The position numbers were made by a program, and so were the translations under genes. A stretch of 64,000 nucleotides of DNA. Origin: an uncultured Ruminococcus sp. GTDB lineage: Bacteria > Bacillota > Clostridia > Oscillospirales > Acutalibacteraceae. This document shows, piece by piece, positions 20,433-29,164 of this stretch. Location: NCBI GenBank assembly GCA_902761375.1, contig CACWKB010000003.1, positions 3,545-67,544 of the forward strand, read 5' to 3'. How positions within the stretch are numbered: the first letter of the stretch is position 1; each line of letters opens with the position of its first letter. The notes under the pieces were generated by a model. It searched no databases and had not been told where the DNA came from. It saw only the letters and a program-made list of their open reading frames with translations.

Positions 20433-22394
20433 CTACTTCTCTGTGCGCAGCTTCTTGATCTTATCGCGCAGATAGGCGGCGTGCTCGAACTCGAGCAGCC
20501 TTGCAGCGGCCTTCATCTCCTTGGTAAGAGCCTCGATAAGCTGCTGCTTCTGCGCCTTGGTGAGCTTCTTGGTGTTCTTGAACTCGCTGTCGCTGTGGGT
20601 GGATATCTCGATTATATCGCTGACCTTTTTGACTATGGTCTTTGGCACTATGCCGTGCTCCTCGTTGTAGCGCTGCTGGAGCTCGCGGCGGCGGTTGGTC
20701 TCCTCGATGGTGATCCGCATCGACTCGGTCACGCTGTCTGCGTACATGATGACCATGCCCTCGCTGTTGCGCGCGGCGCGTCCGGTGATCTGGATAAGCG
20801 AACGGGCGCTGCGCAAAAAGCCCTCCTTGTCCGCGTCAAGCACGGCTACAAGCGAGACCTCGGGGATATCCAGTCCCTCGCGCAGCAGGTTGATGCCCAC
20901 AAGCACGTCGAACTCGCCGAGGCGAAGGTCGCGCACGATCTCCATGCGCTCGACCGTGTCGATATCGTGGTGCATATAGCGCACGCGGATACCCATGGTT
21001 TCAAGATATGCCGTCAAGTCCTCAGCCATCTTCTTGGTCAGGGTGGTAACAAGCACGCGCTGCTTTTTGGCTGTCCTTATATTGATCTCGGACACCAGAT
21101 CGTCGAGCTGACCCTCGGTGGGGCGCACGGATATCTCGGGATCGAGCAGACCCGTGGGTCTGATGATCTGCTCTGCGACGGTCGCGCTTTTTTCAAGCTC
21201 AAAATCTCCAGGGGTCGCGCTGACGAACACCGCCTGATTGACGCGCTCATAGAACTCGTCGAAATTGAGCGGCCGGTTGTCGTATGCCGAGGGCAGCCGG
21301 AAGCCGTAGTCCACAAGGCTCTTCTTGCGCGCATGGTCGCCGGCGTACATACCTCTGACCTGCGGAAGCGTTACGTGGGACTCGTCGACGAAAAGCAGGA
21401 AGTCCTTCGGGAAATAGTCGAGCAAAGTGTAGGGCGAGGAGCCGGGCGCGCGTCCCGAGAGGATGCGGGAATAGTTCTCGATGCCCGAGCAGAAGCCGAT
21501 CTCCTGAAGCATTTCCATGTCGTAGCGGGTGCGCTGCTCAATGCGCTGGGCTTCGAGCAGCTTGCCGTTTTCGCGGAAGTATTCGAGCCTCTCCTCGAGC
21601 TCGCGCTCGATCTCGGCAAGTGCGACCTGCATTTTATCGCGCGAAACGATATAATGAGAGGCGGGATAGATCGCCGCGTGGCGCAGCACCGCCTTGAGCT
21701 CTCCGGTGAGCGGATTTATCTCGGATATGCGGTCGACCTCGTCGCCGAAGAATTCGACGCGGATCACCGAATCGGCTGAAGCGGCAGGAAAAATCTCGAC
21801 CACGTCTCCCCTGACGCGGAATTTGTTGCGTATAAAATTGACGTCGTTGCGCTCATACTGAAGCTCGACAAGCTTTTTGACGAGCTCATCGCGGAATTTC
21901 TGCATCCCGGGGCGCAGCGAGATGACCATGTTGCGGTAATCGATAGGATCGCCGAGGCTGTAGATGCAGGACACCGAGGCTACGATAATCACGTCGCGGC
22001 GCTCGGAAAGCGCAAGGGTCGCGCTGTGGCGCAGCTTGTCGATCTCATCGTTTATGGAACTGTCCTTTTCGATATAGGTATCGGTCTGGGCGACATACGC
22101 CTCCGGCTGATAGTAGTCGTAGTAGGACACAAAATATTCGACGGCATTATCGGGAAAGAACTCCTTGAACTCGCTGCACAACTGAGCCGCAAGGGTCTTG
22201 TTGTGCGCGAGAACAAGGGTCGGACGCTGCAACCGTTCGATAACGTTTGCCATAGTGAAGGTCTTGCCGGAGCCTGTGACTCCGAGCAGCGTCTGCTCCT
22301 TATTGCCGTCGTTGATGCTCTGCACCAGCTTATCTATTGTTTGGGGCTGATCGCCCGTCGGTTTATAATTTGAGTGTAGCTTAAACAACGTCAT
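20433..22394 (-). CDS. uvrB: Excinuclease ABC subunit B
   Basis: [40 protein letters not shown]; C-terminal UVR motif. Confidence 0.98.
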   Translation of the reverse strand: MTLFKLHSNYKPTGDQPQTIDKLVQSINDGNKEQTLLGVTGSGKTFTMANVIERLQRPTLVLAHNKTLAAQLCSEFKEFFPDNAVEYFVSYYDYYQPEAYVAQTDTYIEKDSSINDEIDKLRHSATLALSERRDVIIVASVSCIYSLGDPIDYRNMVISLRPGMQKFRDELVKKLVELQYERNDVNFIRNKFRVRGDVVEIFPAASADSVIRVEFFGDEVDRISEINPLTGELKAVLRHAAIYPASHYIVSRDKMQVALAEIERELEERLEYFRENGKLLEAQRIEQRTRYDMEMLQEIGFCSGIENYSRILSGRAPGSSPYTLLDYFPKDFLLFVDESHVTLPQVRGMYAGDHARKKSLVDYGFRLPSAYDNRPLNFDEFYERVNQAVFVSATPGDFELEKSATVAEQIIRPTGLLDPEISVRPTEGQLDDLVSEINIRTAKKQRVLVTTLTKKMAEDLTAYLETMGIRVRYMHHDIDTVERMEIVRDLRLGEFDVLVGINLLREGLDIPEVSLVAVLDADKEGFLRSARSLIQITGRAARNSEGMVIMYADSVTESMRITIEETNRRRELQQRYNEEHGIVPKTIVKKVSDIIEISTHSDSEFKNTKKLTKAQKQQLIEALTKEMKAAARLLEFEHAAYLRDKIKKLRTEK

Positions 22395-23097
22395 AATAAT
22401 TATATAATACATCGCTGCACACATCGTGCCGCGCAAGCGAAACGTAATGTTCGTCGGCGAAGATAAAGTGATCGATCAGCTTGACGCCGACGCTCGCAAG
22501 GGTATTTGCGATCAATCGGGTAGCTTCCAGATCGTCGCCAGAGGGCAGCAGCGAGCCGCCCGGATGGTTGTGAGCGATAAACGCGCTTTTGGCGTTATGG
22601 CGGATGGCGATATCGACGATCCTTCGTATAGGCACATCGGTGGAATTGAGCGAGCCCTTGGCTACAACGTCGAGAAATATCAGCTTGCCGCGCGCGTTGC
22701 CCAGCGCGAGCACCACGACCTCCTCGATCCGTCCGATGAACTTGGGCTTCATTACGTCGCCCATCGTTTCGAGCTCGATCTCGGTACCCACCGAGAAGCG
22801 CGAATCAATATATCGGCGCGACAGATCGGGTACAAGCTTCAAAAGCACGGCGGCGGTCTCCGTAAGACCGAATTCGCGCATGAGCTCGTCTATCGGAGCC
22901 TCGCAAACGCCCGCAAGAGATCTGTAGCGGTCAAGCAGGCGGTGAGCAAGCTCGTTCGTATCCTTGTAAGGGATCGCGTAAAACAGCAGGAATTCAAGCA
23001 CCTGATGCTCCTCAAAGGAGTCGATGCCGTCCCTCAGGAATTTTTCGCGCACTCTTTTGCGGTGACCGCTGTGTACGTTAGCTTTTTTCTCCGCCAT
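22381..23097 (-). CDS. radC: RadC / JAB-domain protein
   Basis: [33 protein letters not shown]. Confidence 0.92.
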   Translation of the reverse strand: MAEKKANVHSGHRKRVREKFLRDGIDSFEEHQVLEFLLFYAIPYKDTNELAHRLLDRYRSLAGVCEAPIDELMREFGLTETAAVLLKLVPDLSRRYIDSRFSVGTEIELETMGDVMKPKFIGRIEEVVVLALGNARGKLIFLDVVAKGSLNSTDVPIRRIVDIAIRHNAKSAFIAHNHPGGSLLPSGDDLEATRLIANTLASVGVKLIDHFIFADEHYVSLARHDVCSDVLYNYYDVV

Positions 23098-23137
23098 AGC
23101 TACTACCCCACTCAAGCCGATTTTCGGCTGTCGATCT

Positions 23138-23812
23138 TTATTTTACCCCGTATTGCTCGTAATAAGCGTCGATAGACGCCTTGAGAGCGTCGTCGATGAC
23201 TACTCTTCCCTTGTATTCGTGGTTATAGAGGTGCTCAACGACCTCCGCCATGGTTACGATTGCCGCGGTCTTGAGTCCGTATTTCTCCTCGATCTCGGCG
23301 AGCGCGCTCTTGTCGCCCTTGCCGCGCTCCATGCGGTCTACCGAAACGACCAGACCTATGGGCTCTACCTCGCCCTGCGCGCGAATGATGGGCAGAGTTT
23401 CCTCGATTGAGGTGCCTGCGGTGGTCACGTCCTCGATGATAACTACCCTGTCGCCGTCGTTGATGGGGCTTCCGAGCAGAATGCCCTTGTCGCCGTGATC
23501 CTTGGCCTCCTTGCGGTTGGAGCAGTAGCGGATATCCGTATCGAATTTTTCACTGATAGCGATGGTCGCCGCAACCGAAAGCGGGATGCCCTTATAGGCA
23601 GGACCGAAAAGCACGTCGAAATCAAGACCGAAGCTGTTATTGATCGCCTCGGCATAGTAGGCGCCGAGCCTTCTGAGCTGTGCTCCCGTACGATAAAAGC
23701 CGGTGTTTACAAAGAAAGGCGTCTTGCGTCCGCTCTTGGTGACAAAATCGCCGAATCTGAGCACGCCGCAGTCAACCATAAATTCAATAAATTCCTGCTT
23801 ATAAGCCTCCAT
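23138..23812 (-). CDS. pyrE: Orotate phosphoribosyltransferase
   Basis: FGDFVTKSGR, FGPAYKGI, NRKEAKDHG, IEDVTTAGTS. Confidence 0.97.
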   Translation of the reverse strand: MEAYKQEFIEFMVDCGVLRFGDFVTKSGRKTPFFVNTGFYRTGAQLRRLGAYYAEAINNSFGLDFDVLFGPAYKGIPLSVAATIAISEKFDTDIRYCSNRKEAKDHGDKGILLGSPINDGDRVVIIEDVTTAGTSIEETLPIIRAQGEVEPIGLVVSVDRMERGKGDKSALAEIEEKYGLKTAAIVTMAEVVEHLYNHEYKGRVVIDDALKASIDAYYEQYGVK

Positions 23813-23966
23813 ATCATGACCTCCGTATAAAATCAAATATTTGTTTGCATTTTTGTACATTGTTAATTTTACCACAAGATATAGCATTTGTAAATGGTAA
23901 TTACACAAGTGTAATCAATATACGGCGTTTCGAGTTTTTTTCCGACATTTAAAATTAAAAAGCCGC

Positions 23967-24014
23967 TTGACATTTTAGAACTTATGTTCTATAATTATTT
24001 CAAACGGTTGTTCG
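23967..24014 (+). promoter_or_regulatory. Consensus sigma-A promoter with two LexA (Cheo) SOS boxes
   Basis: TTGACA(23967)-N17-TATAAT(23990); GAAC-TTAT-GTTC in the spacer (23978-23989); AAAC-GGTT-GTTC at 24002-24013. Confidence 0.88.
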
Positions 24015-24039
24015 ATTTTTGAAAGTGAGCATGTGTATT

Positions 24040-24315
24040 ATGAAGAAGTTTATCAAGGTGCAGGCGATTTTCGACTGCGACGGCAATCTGATGCCGGAGC
24101 TGATAATTTGGGATAACAAGCAGAGGTTTTCGATCGAGCGCGTGACCGATATCCGCTACACCGACAACCCCGGTGCGGAAGAGCCCGAGCTGCGCTTCAC
24201 CTGCGTTATATTGGGCAGGGAAAAATATGTGTACTACAGCAAATCGCGCTGGTATGTGGACGCAAAAAGCTCCCGGCAGGAGCTGTCGGGAGCGTCTTAT
24301 ACTATTCTCAATTAA
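24040..24315 (+). CDS. Small hypothetical protein, predicted SOS-inducible
   Basis: 91 aa; V-A-F--DG---P--I-W...I-RV-D-R...RF...G...Y....W-V pattern; LexA-boxed promoter directly upstream. Confidence 0.75.
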   Translation: MKKFIKVQAIFDCDGNLMPELIIWDNKQRFSIERVTDIRYTDNPGAEEPELRFTCVILGREKYVYYSKSRWYVDAKSSRQELSGASYTILN

Positions 24316-24321
24316 AAGACT

Positions 24322-25395
24322 TTATGATTCTGTCGGAGGCGGATCGGGCTTTTTTCGCCCTATCATCAATATCTGCTTAGTCGGGAACGAGAATATCGGG
24401 ATCGCGCAGAGCGCTGTGACCGCCGGGGCGATCAATATATAGAGAATGTGCGCCCAAACGACGCCCATTCCCTGCTCGAACAGGAGATACACCCCGTAAA
24501 CCTCGAGCGGATACAGCATCAGACGATGCCAAAAATAGATCTGCAAGGTCTTTGTGCCGGTCTTGGTGATCACGCCGAGATTGCGGTTCGGCAGCACAGC
24601 CAGCACCGAAAAGCCCGCGAGCAGCGATATCGCGTAGGCGAGCATCCTCAGCAGACCGCCCCACATCGCCGCGGGTCCGAAGATCGTGTAGCGGTTGCGC
24701 CCGGTAAAGAGTCGGCGGAAATTGATGACAAAATCCGGGTTTGTGAAGCACAGCACAAGATAAGCGATAAGCAGCGCGGCGCCGAGCAGTCTGAACCACT
24801 TGCTTTGGAATATCCCGAGCAGCTTGTCGGGCTCAAAGCAGTAGCCGAGCAGGAAAAACGGCAGGAATACCGCGATCCTGAGCAGCGAGAACGCGTCGCC
24901 GAGGTGGGAATCATAGCCCGCCATGCAGCCCACGGCAAAGGCGATGCCGAGGACAGCCCACTTATTGAAGGTGCGGAATATCCATACTATGACCAGGAAA
25001 ACCGCGACAGCTCCGAGATACCAGGTGAAGGAATCGTACATATTGAGGATCGAGTAGCCAGCCCGTCCCCTTAGGAACAGGCGCTCAAGCGAGATCGCTA
25101 TGCGCAGCACTATCGCTATCAAAAAGAAGGACAGGACCTTATAGGTCGGGAACTTGGTTTCGCGGTTCATCGGCTTGGTGAACAGACCGCTGATAAAGAT
25201 GAACAGCGGCATATGTACGCCGTAGATCGCCGTGAACAGGGCGTTTGTGAAATACGGTTCCGCGCTTTGCTCGGTGATGATATCTATGTCGTGACCGATG
25301 ACAACAAGCAGGATTGCAAGGAACTTTGCGTTGTCATAAAGAAAAATGCGCGGGGCTTTTTCGACAGGCGAAAGCCGCCTTGTCTGATCTCCCAT
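24322..25395 (-). CDS. Acyltransferase family 3 (O-acetyltransferase)
   Basis: RIFLYDNAKFLAILLVVIGH, HMPLFIFISG, WYL, TLQIYFWH; ~10 TM. Confidence 0.88.
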   Translation of the reverse strand: MGDQTRRLSPVEKAPRIFLYDNAKFLAILLVVIGHDIDIITEQSAEPYFTNALFTAIYGVHMPLFIFISGLFTKPMNRETKFPTYKVLSFFLIAIVLRIAISLERLFLRGRAGYSILNMYDSFTWYLGAVAVFLVIVWIFRTFNKWAVLGIAFAVGCMAGYDSHLGDAFSLLRIAVFLPFFLLGYCFEPDKLLGIFQSKWFRLLGAALLIAYLVLCFTNPDFVINFRRLFTGRNRYTIFGPAAMWGGLLRMLAYAISLLAGFSVLAVLPNRNLGVITKTGTKTLQIYFWHRLMLYPLEVYGVYLLFEQGMGVVWAHILYILIAPAVTALCAIPIFSFPTKQILMIGRKKPDPPPTES

Positions 25396-25411
25396 ATAAT
25401 CTCTCCTTGGA

Positions 25412-25912
25412 TCAATCAGAGCTCTCCCTGACAAAATACACGATGTAATCGCTGTAGGCTATTGAAATGCCGTCGATCGCGCCCGCCTCGCGGTGAAGCA
25501 GGAAGCTGCACTGAGTGCCGTCGTCAAACAGAGCGGAAACGGTATCGTCATCCGCAAGCTCGTATTTGCCTGTGTGCGTTCCGTCGGACGGCTCTCCTGG
25601 AGACATCCATAAATCAAAGGTGCCGTCGCTCTTGAATTTCAGCGAGCCGCGGTAGTTTGAGTATTTTGTCTGATACACCTCGTCCATCGGGACCTCGTCG
25701 CCGCTCGCGTTGTCCGCGCTCTTAGGCACCCACACGCTGTCCTCTAACGAGCGCAGATCCTTTGTGGACTGATACATGAATATGCCGAACGCGACGCCTG
25801 CCGCGACGAGCACGGCAAGCGCGACAGAGACTATCACTATCGTCTTTTTAGGACGCTTTTTTGTCTCCTGACGCGCCGCGGATTTTTTCTTAGTCATTTT
25901 TTTGCTGCCCAT
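25412..25912 (-). CDS. Membrane-anchored hypothetical protein (paralog of neighbour)
   Basis: Basic N-terminus, one TM, beta-rich domain with LKFKSDGTF and YSDYIVYF. Confidence 0.7.
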   Translation of the reverse strand: MGSKKMTKKKSAARQETKKRPKKTIVIVSVALAVLVAAGVAFGIFMYQSTKDLRSLEDSVWVPKSADNASGDEVPMDEVYQTKYSNYRGSLKFKSDGTFDLWMSPGEPSDGTHTGKYELADDDTVSALFDDGTQCSFLLHREAGAIDGISIAYSDYIVYFVRESSD

Positions 25913-25915
25913 AAC

Positions 25916-26554
25916 TCACCCGAAATATACGATGTAATCGCCGTAATCGACGCTGAAGGACATGGGAGTGCTTCCGTCCCATTCGCTTACGGTGATATCA
26001 AGATTGCGGTCGGAGGCGGTGGTGGCGATGATTCTGCCGTCCTGAACCACATAGGCGCCGTAGGTCTCGCCCGAGGCGTCGAGCGTGTCGCTGAACGTGC
26101 CGTCGCTGTTGAAGGTGATCGCGCCCTCGGTATAGCCCGAGCCGAAAACCTCGCGCAGCGTGGTCTGGCCGCCGGAGTATCTGTCCTCAACGTATCCGTT
26201 GGGGATGTAGGTGCCGTTGAAGAAGGAGACCTCCTCTCCCTCCTCGGTCGGCACGACCACATCGGCGACCCTTGTCTCTATGGGAACGCCGGTCTCCTCG
26301 GGAACGGTCGAAGGCGCCTCCGCAGCGGACGACGCAGCGGTCTCCGAAGGCACAGTTGTCGGTGCGGCGGTGTTGTCGGCGAAAGCCGCCGCCGATGAAG
26401 GAGCTGTGGGCTGTGAAGTCGTTTCGCCGTTTTTAGTACGGGTAAAAAAGAACACGCCGACAATCACGGCAGCGATTATCAATACCGCGGCTATAATGAG
26501 AATTATCAGACCGGCTTTGCCGCCGCCTGATTTTTTCGTATGTCTTCCTGCCAT
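25916..26554 (-). CDS. Membrane-anchored hypothetical protein with S/T/A/P linker
   Basis: Basic N-terminus, TM, low-complexity linker, ITFNSDGTF and YGDYIVYF. Confidence 0.7.
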   Translation of the reverse strand: MAGRHTKKSGGGKAGLIILIIAAVLIIAAVIVGVFFFTRTKNGETTSQPTAPSSAAAFADNTAAPTTVPSETAASSAAEAPSTVPEETGVPIETRVADVVVPTEEGEEVSFFNGTYIPNGYVEDRYSGGQTTLREVFGSGYTEGAITFNSDGTFSDTLDASGETYGAYVVQDGRIIATTASDRNLDITVSEWDGSTPMSFSVDYGDYIVYFG

Positions 26555-27541
26555 TTACTTTTCCTCGCTTTCCGCTGCCTGCTGCTGAAGCTTGCGGACA
26601 GCTCCGCGCTTCACCATCCTGCCGTTGAAATAAATGTATTCCTCATCGTCTCCGCCGTTCTCAAGCTCAAGCTTTTTGAGCTCCTCGTTGAACTCGCGGG
26701 TCTCCTCCCTTTTGCGCGCCGCCTCGAGCTCGCGCTGCTTTTTGGCAAGCTTTGCGTCGACCTCCGTGTTCTGCGAGGAGTTGTCGGCGACCATCAGGTA
26801 CATACGCCTAAACGTGGCGGACTGAATGATAAAGGTGCTTATCGAAGGTATAAAAAGCGCCGCCAGTGCTATCGTGGCAATGACGATGGCAATGACATTG
26901 CCGCTGCAGCAGATAAGGACGGTCGAACAGATCACAAAGAACAGGAACAGCCCGAACAAGGCGAGCAGATTGTACTTGAATTCGCCGAATACCATCAAAA
27001 AGCTGTTCTTATATACCGAGGGGAGCTTTACGGAAAACGTCACTGTCATCGACGGGATATAGAAGAACATAAAGAGAAAGAGCAGGGCGATTATCGCGCT
27101 GATTACGAGCAGAGTGTAAAACATCGGCATTTTCTGACCGAGCTGGGCGTAGAGACTGATCGACCAATAGCTGAAGAAAACCGCCAAATACAGCACTGTG
27201 CCATGAAGCAGGAACGGAAGGAAGTTCTCCCGGACGCCGGAGATAAAGGTACTGACTACCCTGACCTTATCGTCGCTCTGAGACATCAGCGCCGTGACCT
27301 TGACCACACCCGCGTAGAACGGAAAGACAGGGATGATCAGCGCGAGCAGAAGGAGATTGGAATTCAGCCCGGTGAGCTTGTTTATGAGGTAAAAAATCCC
27401 GAAAAACGCCCCCAGCGGAACCGCGAACAGCAGATTTGTGAGTATCAGCCGCGGGATCCCGCGGAAAAGCCTGCTGAAAAATATGGTGATAGGCAGGGTT
27501 TTGTTGTCAGACGCCATGGTATCCTCCGTTTTCGGCGACAC
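26555..27541 (-). CDS. YesL/DUF624-like membrane protein with charged C-terminal tail
   Basis: LILTNLLF, PFYAG, F--G-RENF, YKNSF motifs; coiled tail and YIYFNGRMVK. Confidence 0.65.
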   Translation of the reverse strand: MSPKTEDTMASDNKTLPITIFFSRLFRGIPRLILTNLLFAVPLGAFFGIFYLINKLTGLNSNLLLLALIIPVFPFYAGVVKVTALMSQSDDKVRVVSTFISGVRENFLPFLLHGTVLYLAVFFSYWSISLYAQLGQKMPMFYTLLVISAIIALLFLFMFFYIPSMTVTFSVKLPSVYKNSFLMVFGEFKYNLLALFGLFLFFVICSTVLICCSGNVIAIVIATIALAALFIPSISTFIIQSATFRRMYLMVADNSSQNTEVDAKLAKKQRELEAARKREETREFNEELKKLELENGGDDEEYIYFNGRMVKRGAVRKLQQQAAESEEK

Positions 27542-27603
27542 CGCAGCGCAAAAGCGCGCGGATCGCAGGATTTATTCCGTCGTTTTTCATCGGGCTGATA
27601 TCC

Positions 27604-28275
27604 CTACAGGCTGAACGCTCCGGCAAACATACTCCAAAGCACCGCGTCAAGAGCGGCGGCAAAAAAGGTCATCAGCAGAGATGTCAGGAACCTTGTGCTG
27701 AATTTCAGCCAAAGCGGTCGAAGGGGCTCCTCGGGCAGCTCGGCGCGTATGAGGCGCAGCAGCAAGAGCTTTGAGAAGTCGAACGCCTGAGCCGACAGGC
27801 TCAAAAGCGCAAGGCAGAAGAGGAACGTTCCCGGGAGCAGCACGAGCAGATAGAAGCCCAAGCCCGAAAGCGAATGGGCTGAGACAAGATAAGCCGCCGT
27901 CAGCCCGGTTCCGAAGCCCTTGAAAAGAACGACGAACAGTTCAAAGGGCAGTCCCCAAGGAGACACGCCCAAAAGATAGACCGAAGTCAAAAAAATAAAA
28001 TCGGACGCAAAGCAGGCGCAGAAGGTCGCTATCGCACCCCTGCTCAGTCTTGCGTCAAGATTTGTCGTGAATAAAAAATCGAGCGTTTTCATAAACGCCT
28101 TGTCCGCTCCTCCGGCATAGACAGCCCCGAGAGCAATCCCGAGCAGGAGCAGCAGCACGAAAACAAGGGTCACGCCGTAGCGCTTCCATGTAAACCGAAG
28201 CTCTGCAGCGGAAGGAAAGCGACGGCGTGAAAACACGCCGCCGCGCTTCAGGGAAAAAATCACGCTTTTCATCAT
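27604..28275 (-). CDS. spoIIM: Stage II sporulation protein M-like
   Basis: Multi-TM; LGVSPWGLP..LFKGFGTG..LLP; good sigE promoter upstream. Confidence 0.72.
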   Translation of the reverse strand: MMKSVIFSLKRGGVFSRRRFPSAAELRFTWKRYGVTLVFVLLLLLGIALGAVYAGGADKAFMKTLDFLFTTNLDARLSRGAIATFCACFASDFIFLTSVYLLGVSPWGLPFELFVVLFKGFGTGLTAAYLVSAHSLSGLGFYLLVLLPGTFLFCLALLSLSAQAFDFSKLLLLRLIRAELPEEPLRPLWLKFSTRFLTSLLMTFFAAALDAVLWSMFAGAFSL

Positions 28276-28303
28276 AACATCCTTTCAACGGTTTGTCCAC
28301 TAA

Positions 28304-28332
28304 AAGGTATGAAACGATGATAAAAAATATTA
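28304..28332 (-). promoter_or_regulatory. sigma-E promoter of spoIIM
   Basis: TAATATT-N14-CATACCTT on minus strand. Confidence 0.72.
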
Positions 28333-28348
28333 CCGAAACTCAGCCGGA

Positions 28349-29146
28349 TTATTTGCCGAGCTCCTCCGCTCTGTCGGTGCAAGCCTGCATCGCCTCGGCG
28401 ACAGCCTCGGTAAAGCCGTGCTCGCGGAGCTTTTCAAGCGCGGCGATTGTGGTGCCGCCCTTTGAGCTGACCTTTTGGATAAGCACGTCCGCGCTGTCTC
28501 CGCTCTCGCGCAGCATTGCGGCGGAGCCCTCCATCGTGGCGCAGATCAGATTCATTGCGACCTGATAGTCAATGCCCTGCGACTGAGCGTAATCTGCCAT
28601 CGCCTTTGCGAAAAGGTAGAAATACGCGGGGCTTGAGCCGTTGACGGCGATGATCTGATTCATGTGATCCTCGGTTAGGTATTCGCAGACTCCGCTGCCG
28701 GCAAACATGCGGTGTACAAGCTGCCTGTCCTCCTCGCCGATATTGTCCGAGGGGCAGAGCGCCGAAGCTCCCTTTTTGAGCAGAAGGGGCGTGTTCGGCA
28801 TCACGCGCACAACGGGACAGTCGCAGCCGAGCGCTCGGCGGACATAGCCGATTGAGATACCGGCGGCTATGGAAACGAAGGTCTTGTCAAGGCTGACCGC
28901 GGGACGGATCGTCTCGAGGACAGCGGGATATGTCTGGGGCTTGACCGCGAGCACGATGATATCGCTGTTACCGACGACCTCGGTCTCTGAGGACGCGGTG
29001 CTGACTCCCAGCGACGACATGAAGCCGAGCCTGTCCTCGCTGATATCATACACACAAATGTGATCAGCCGAAAAATCCTGCGCGAGCAGTCCGTTGATGA
29101 TGGCGGTAGCCATATTGCCCGCGCCGATAAATCCTATTGTTTTCAT
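28349..29146 (-). CDS. proC: Pyrroline-5-carboxylate reductase
   Basis: GFIGAGNMA, LAVKPQ, SIAAG, RVMPNTP, GSSPAY, VSSKGGTT. Confidence 0.96.
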   Translation of the reverse strand: MKTIGFIGAGNMATAIINGLLAQDFSADHICVYDISEDRLGFMSSLGVSTASSETEVVGNSDIIVLAVKPQTYPAVLETIRPAVSLDKTFVSIAAGISIGYVRRALGCDCPVVRVMPNTPLLLKKGASALCPSDNIGEEDRQLVHRMFAGSGVCEYLTEDHMNQIIAVNGSSPAYFYLFAKAMADYAQSQGIDYQVAMNLICATMEGSAAMLRESGDSADVLIQKVSSKGGTTIAALEKLREHGFTEAVAEAMQACTDRAEELGK

Positions 29147-29164
29147 ATTACTTTCCTTTCGGGC

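Noticed and set aside
20424-21779. Long antisense ORFs (451 aa here; also 40330-41481, 41409-42536, 26540-27598, 43264-44220, 11814-12776)
   Set aside because: They mirror well-conserved genes on the opposite strand, have no motifs, and are expected from GC-rich codon bias
22438-22453. Possible LexA box upstream of uvrB (GAAC-ATTAC-GTTT on minus strand)
   Set aside because: Spacer is 5 nt rather than 4, there is a mismatch, and it lies in radC coding sequence
22381-23097. radC as marker of a mobile or anti-defence element
   Set aside because: Full-length chromosomal type embedded among housekeeping genes with host-like codon usage; no integrase or att sites seen
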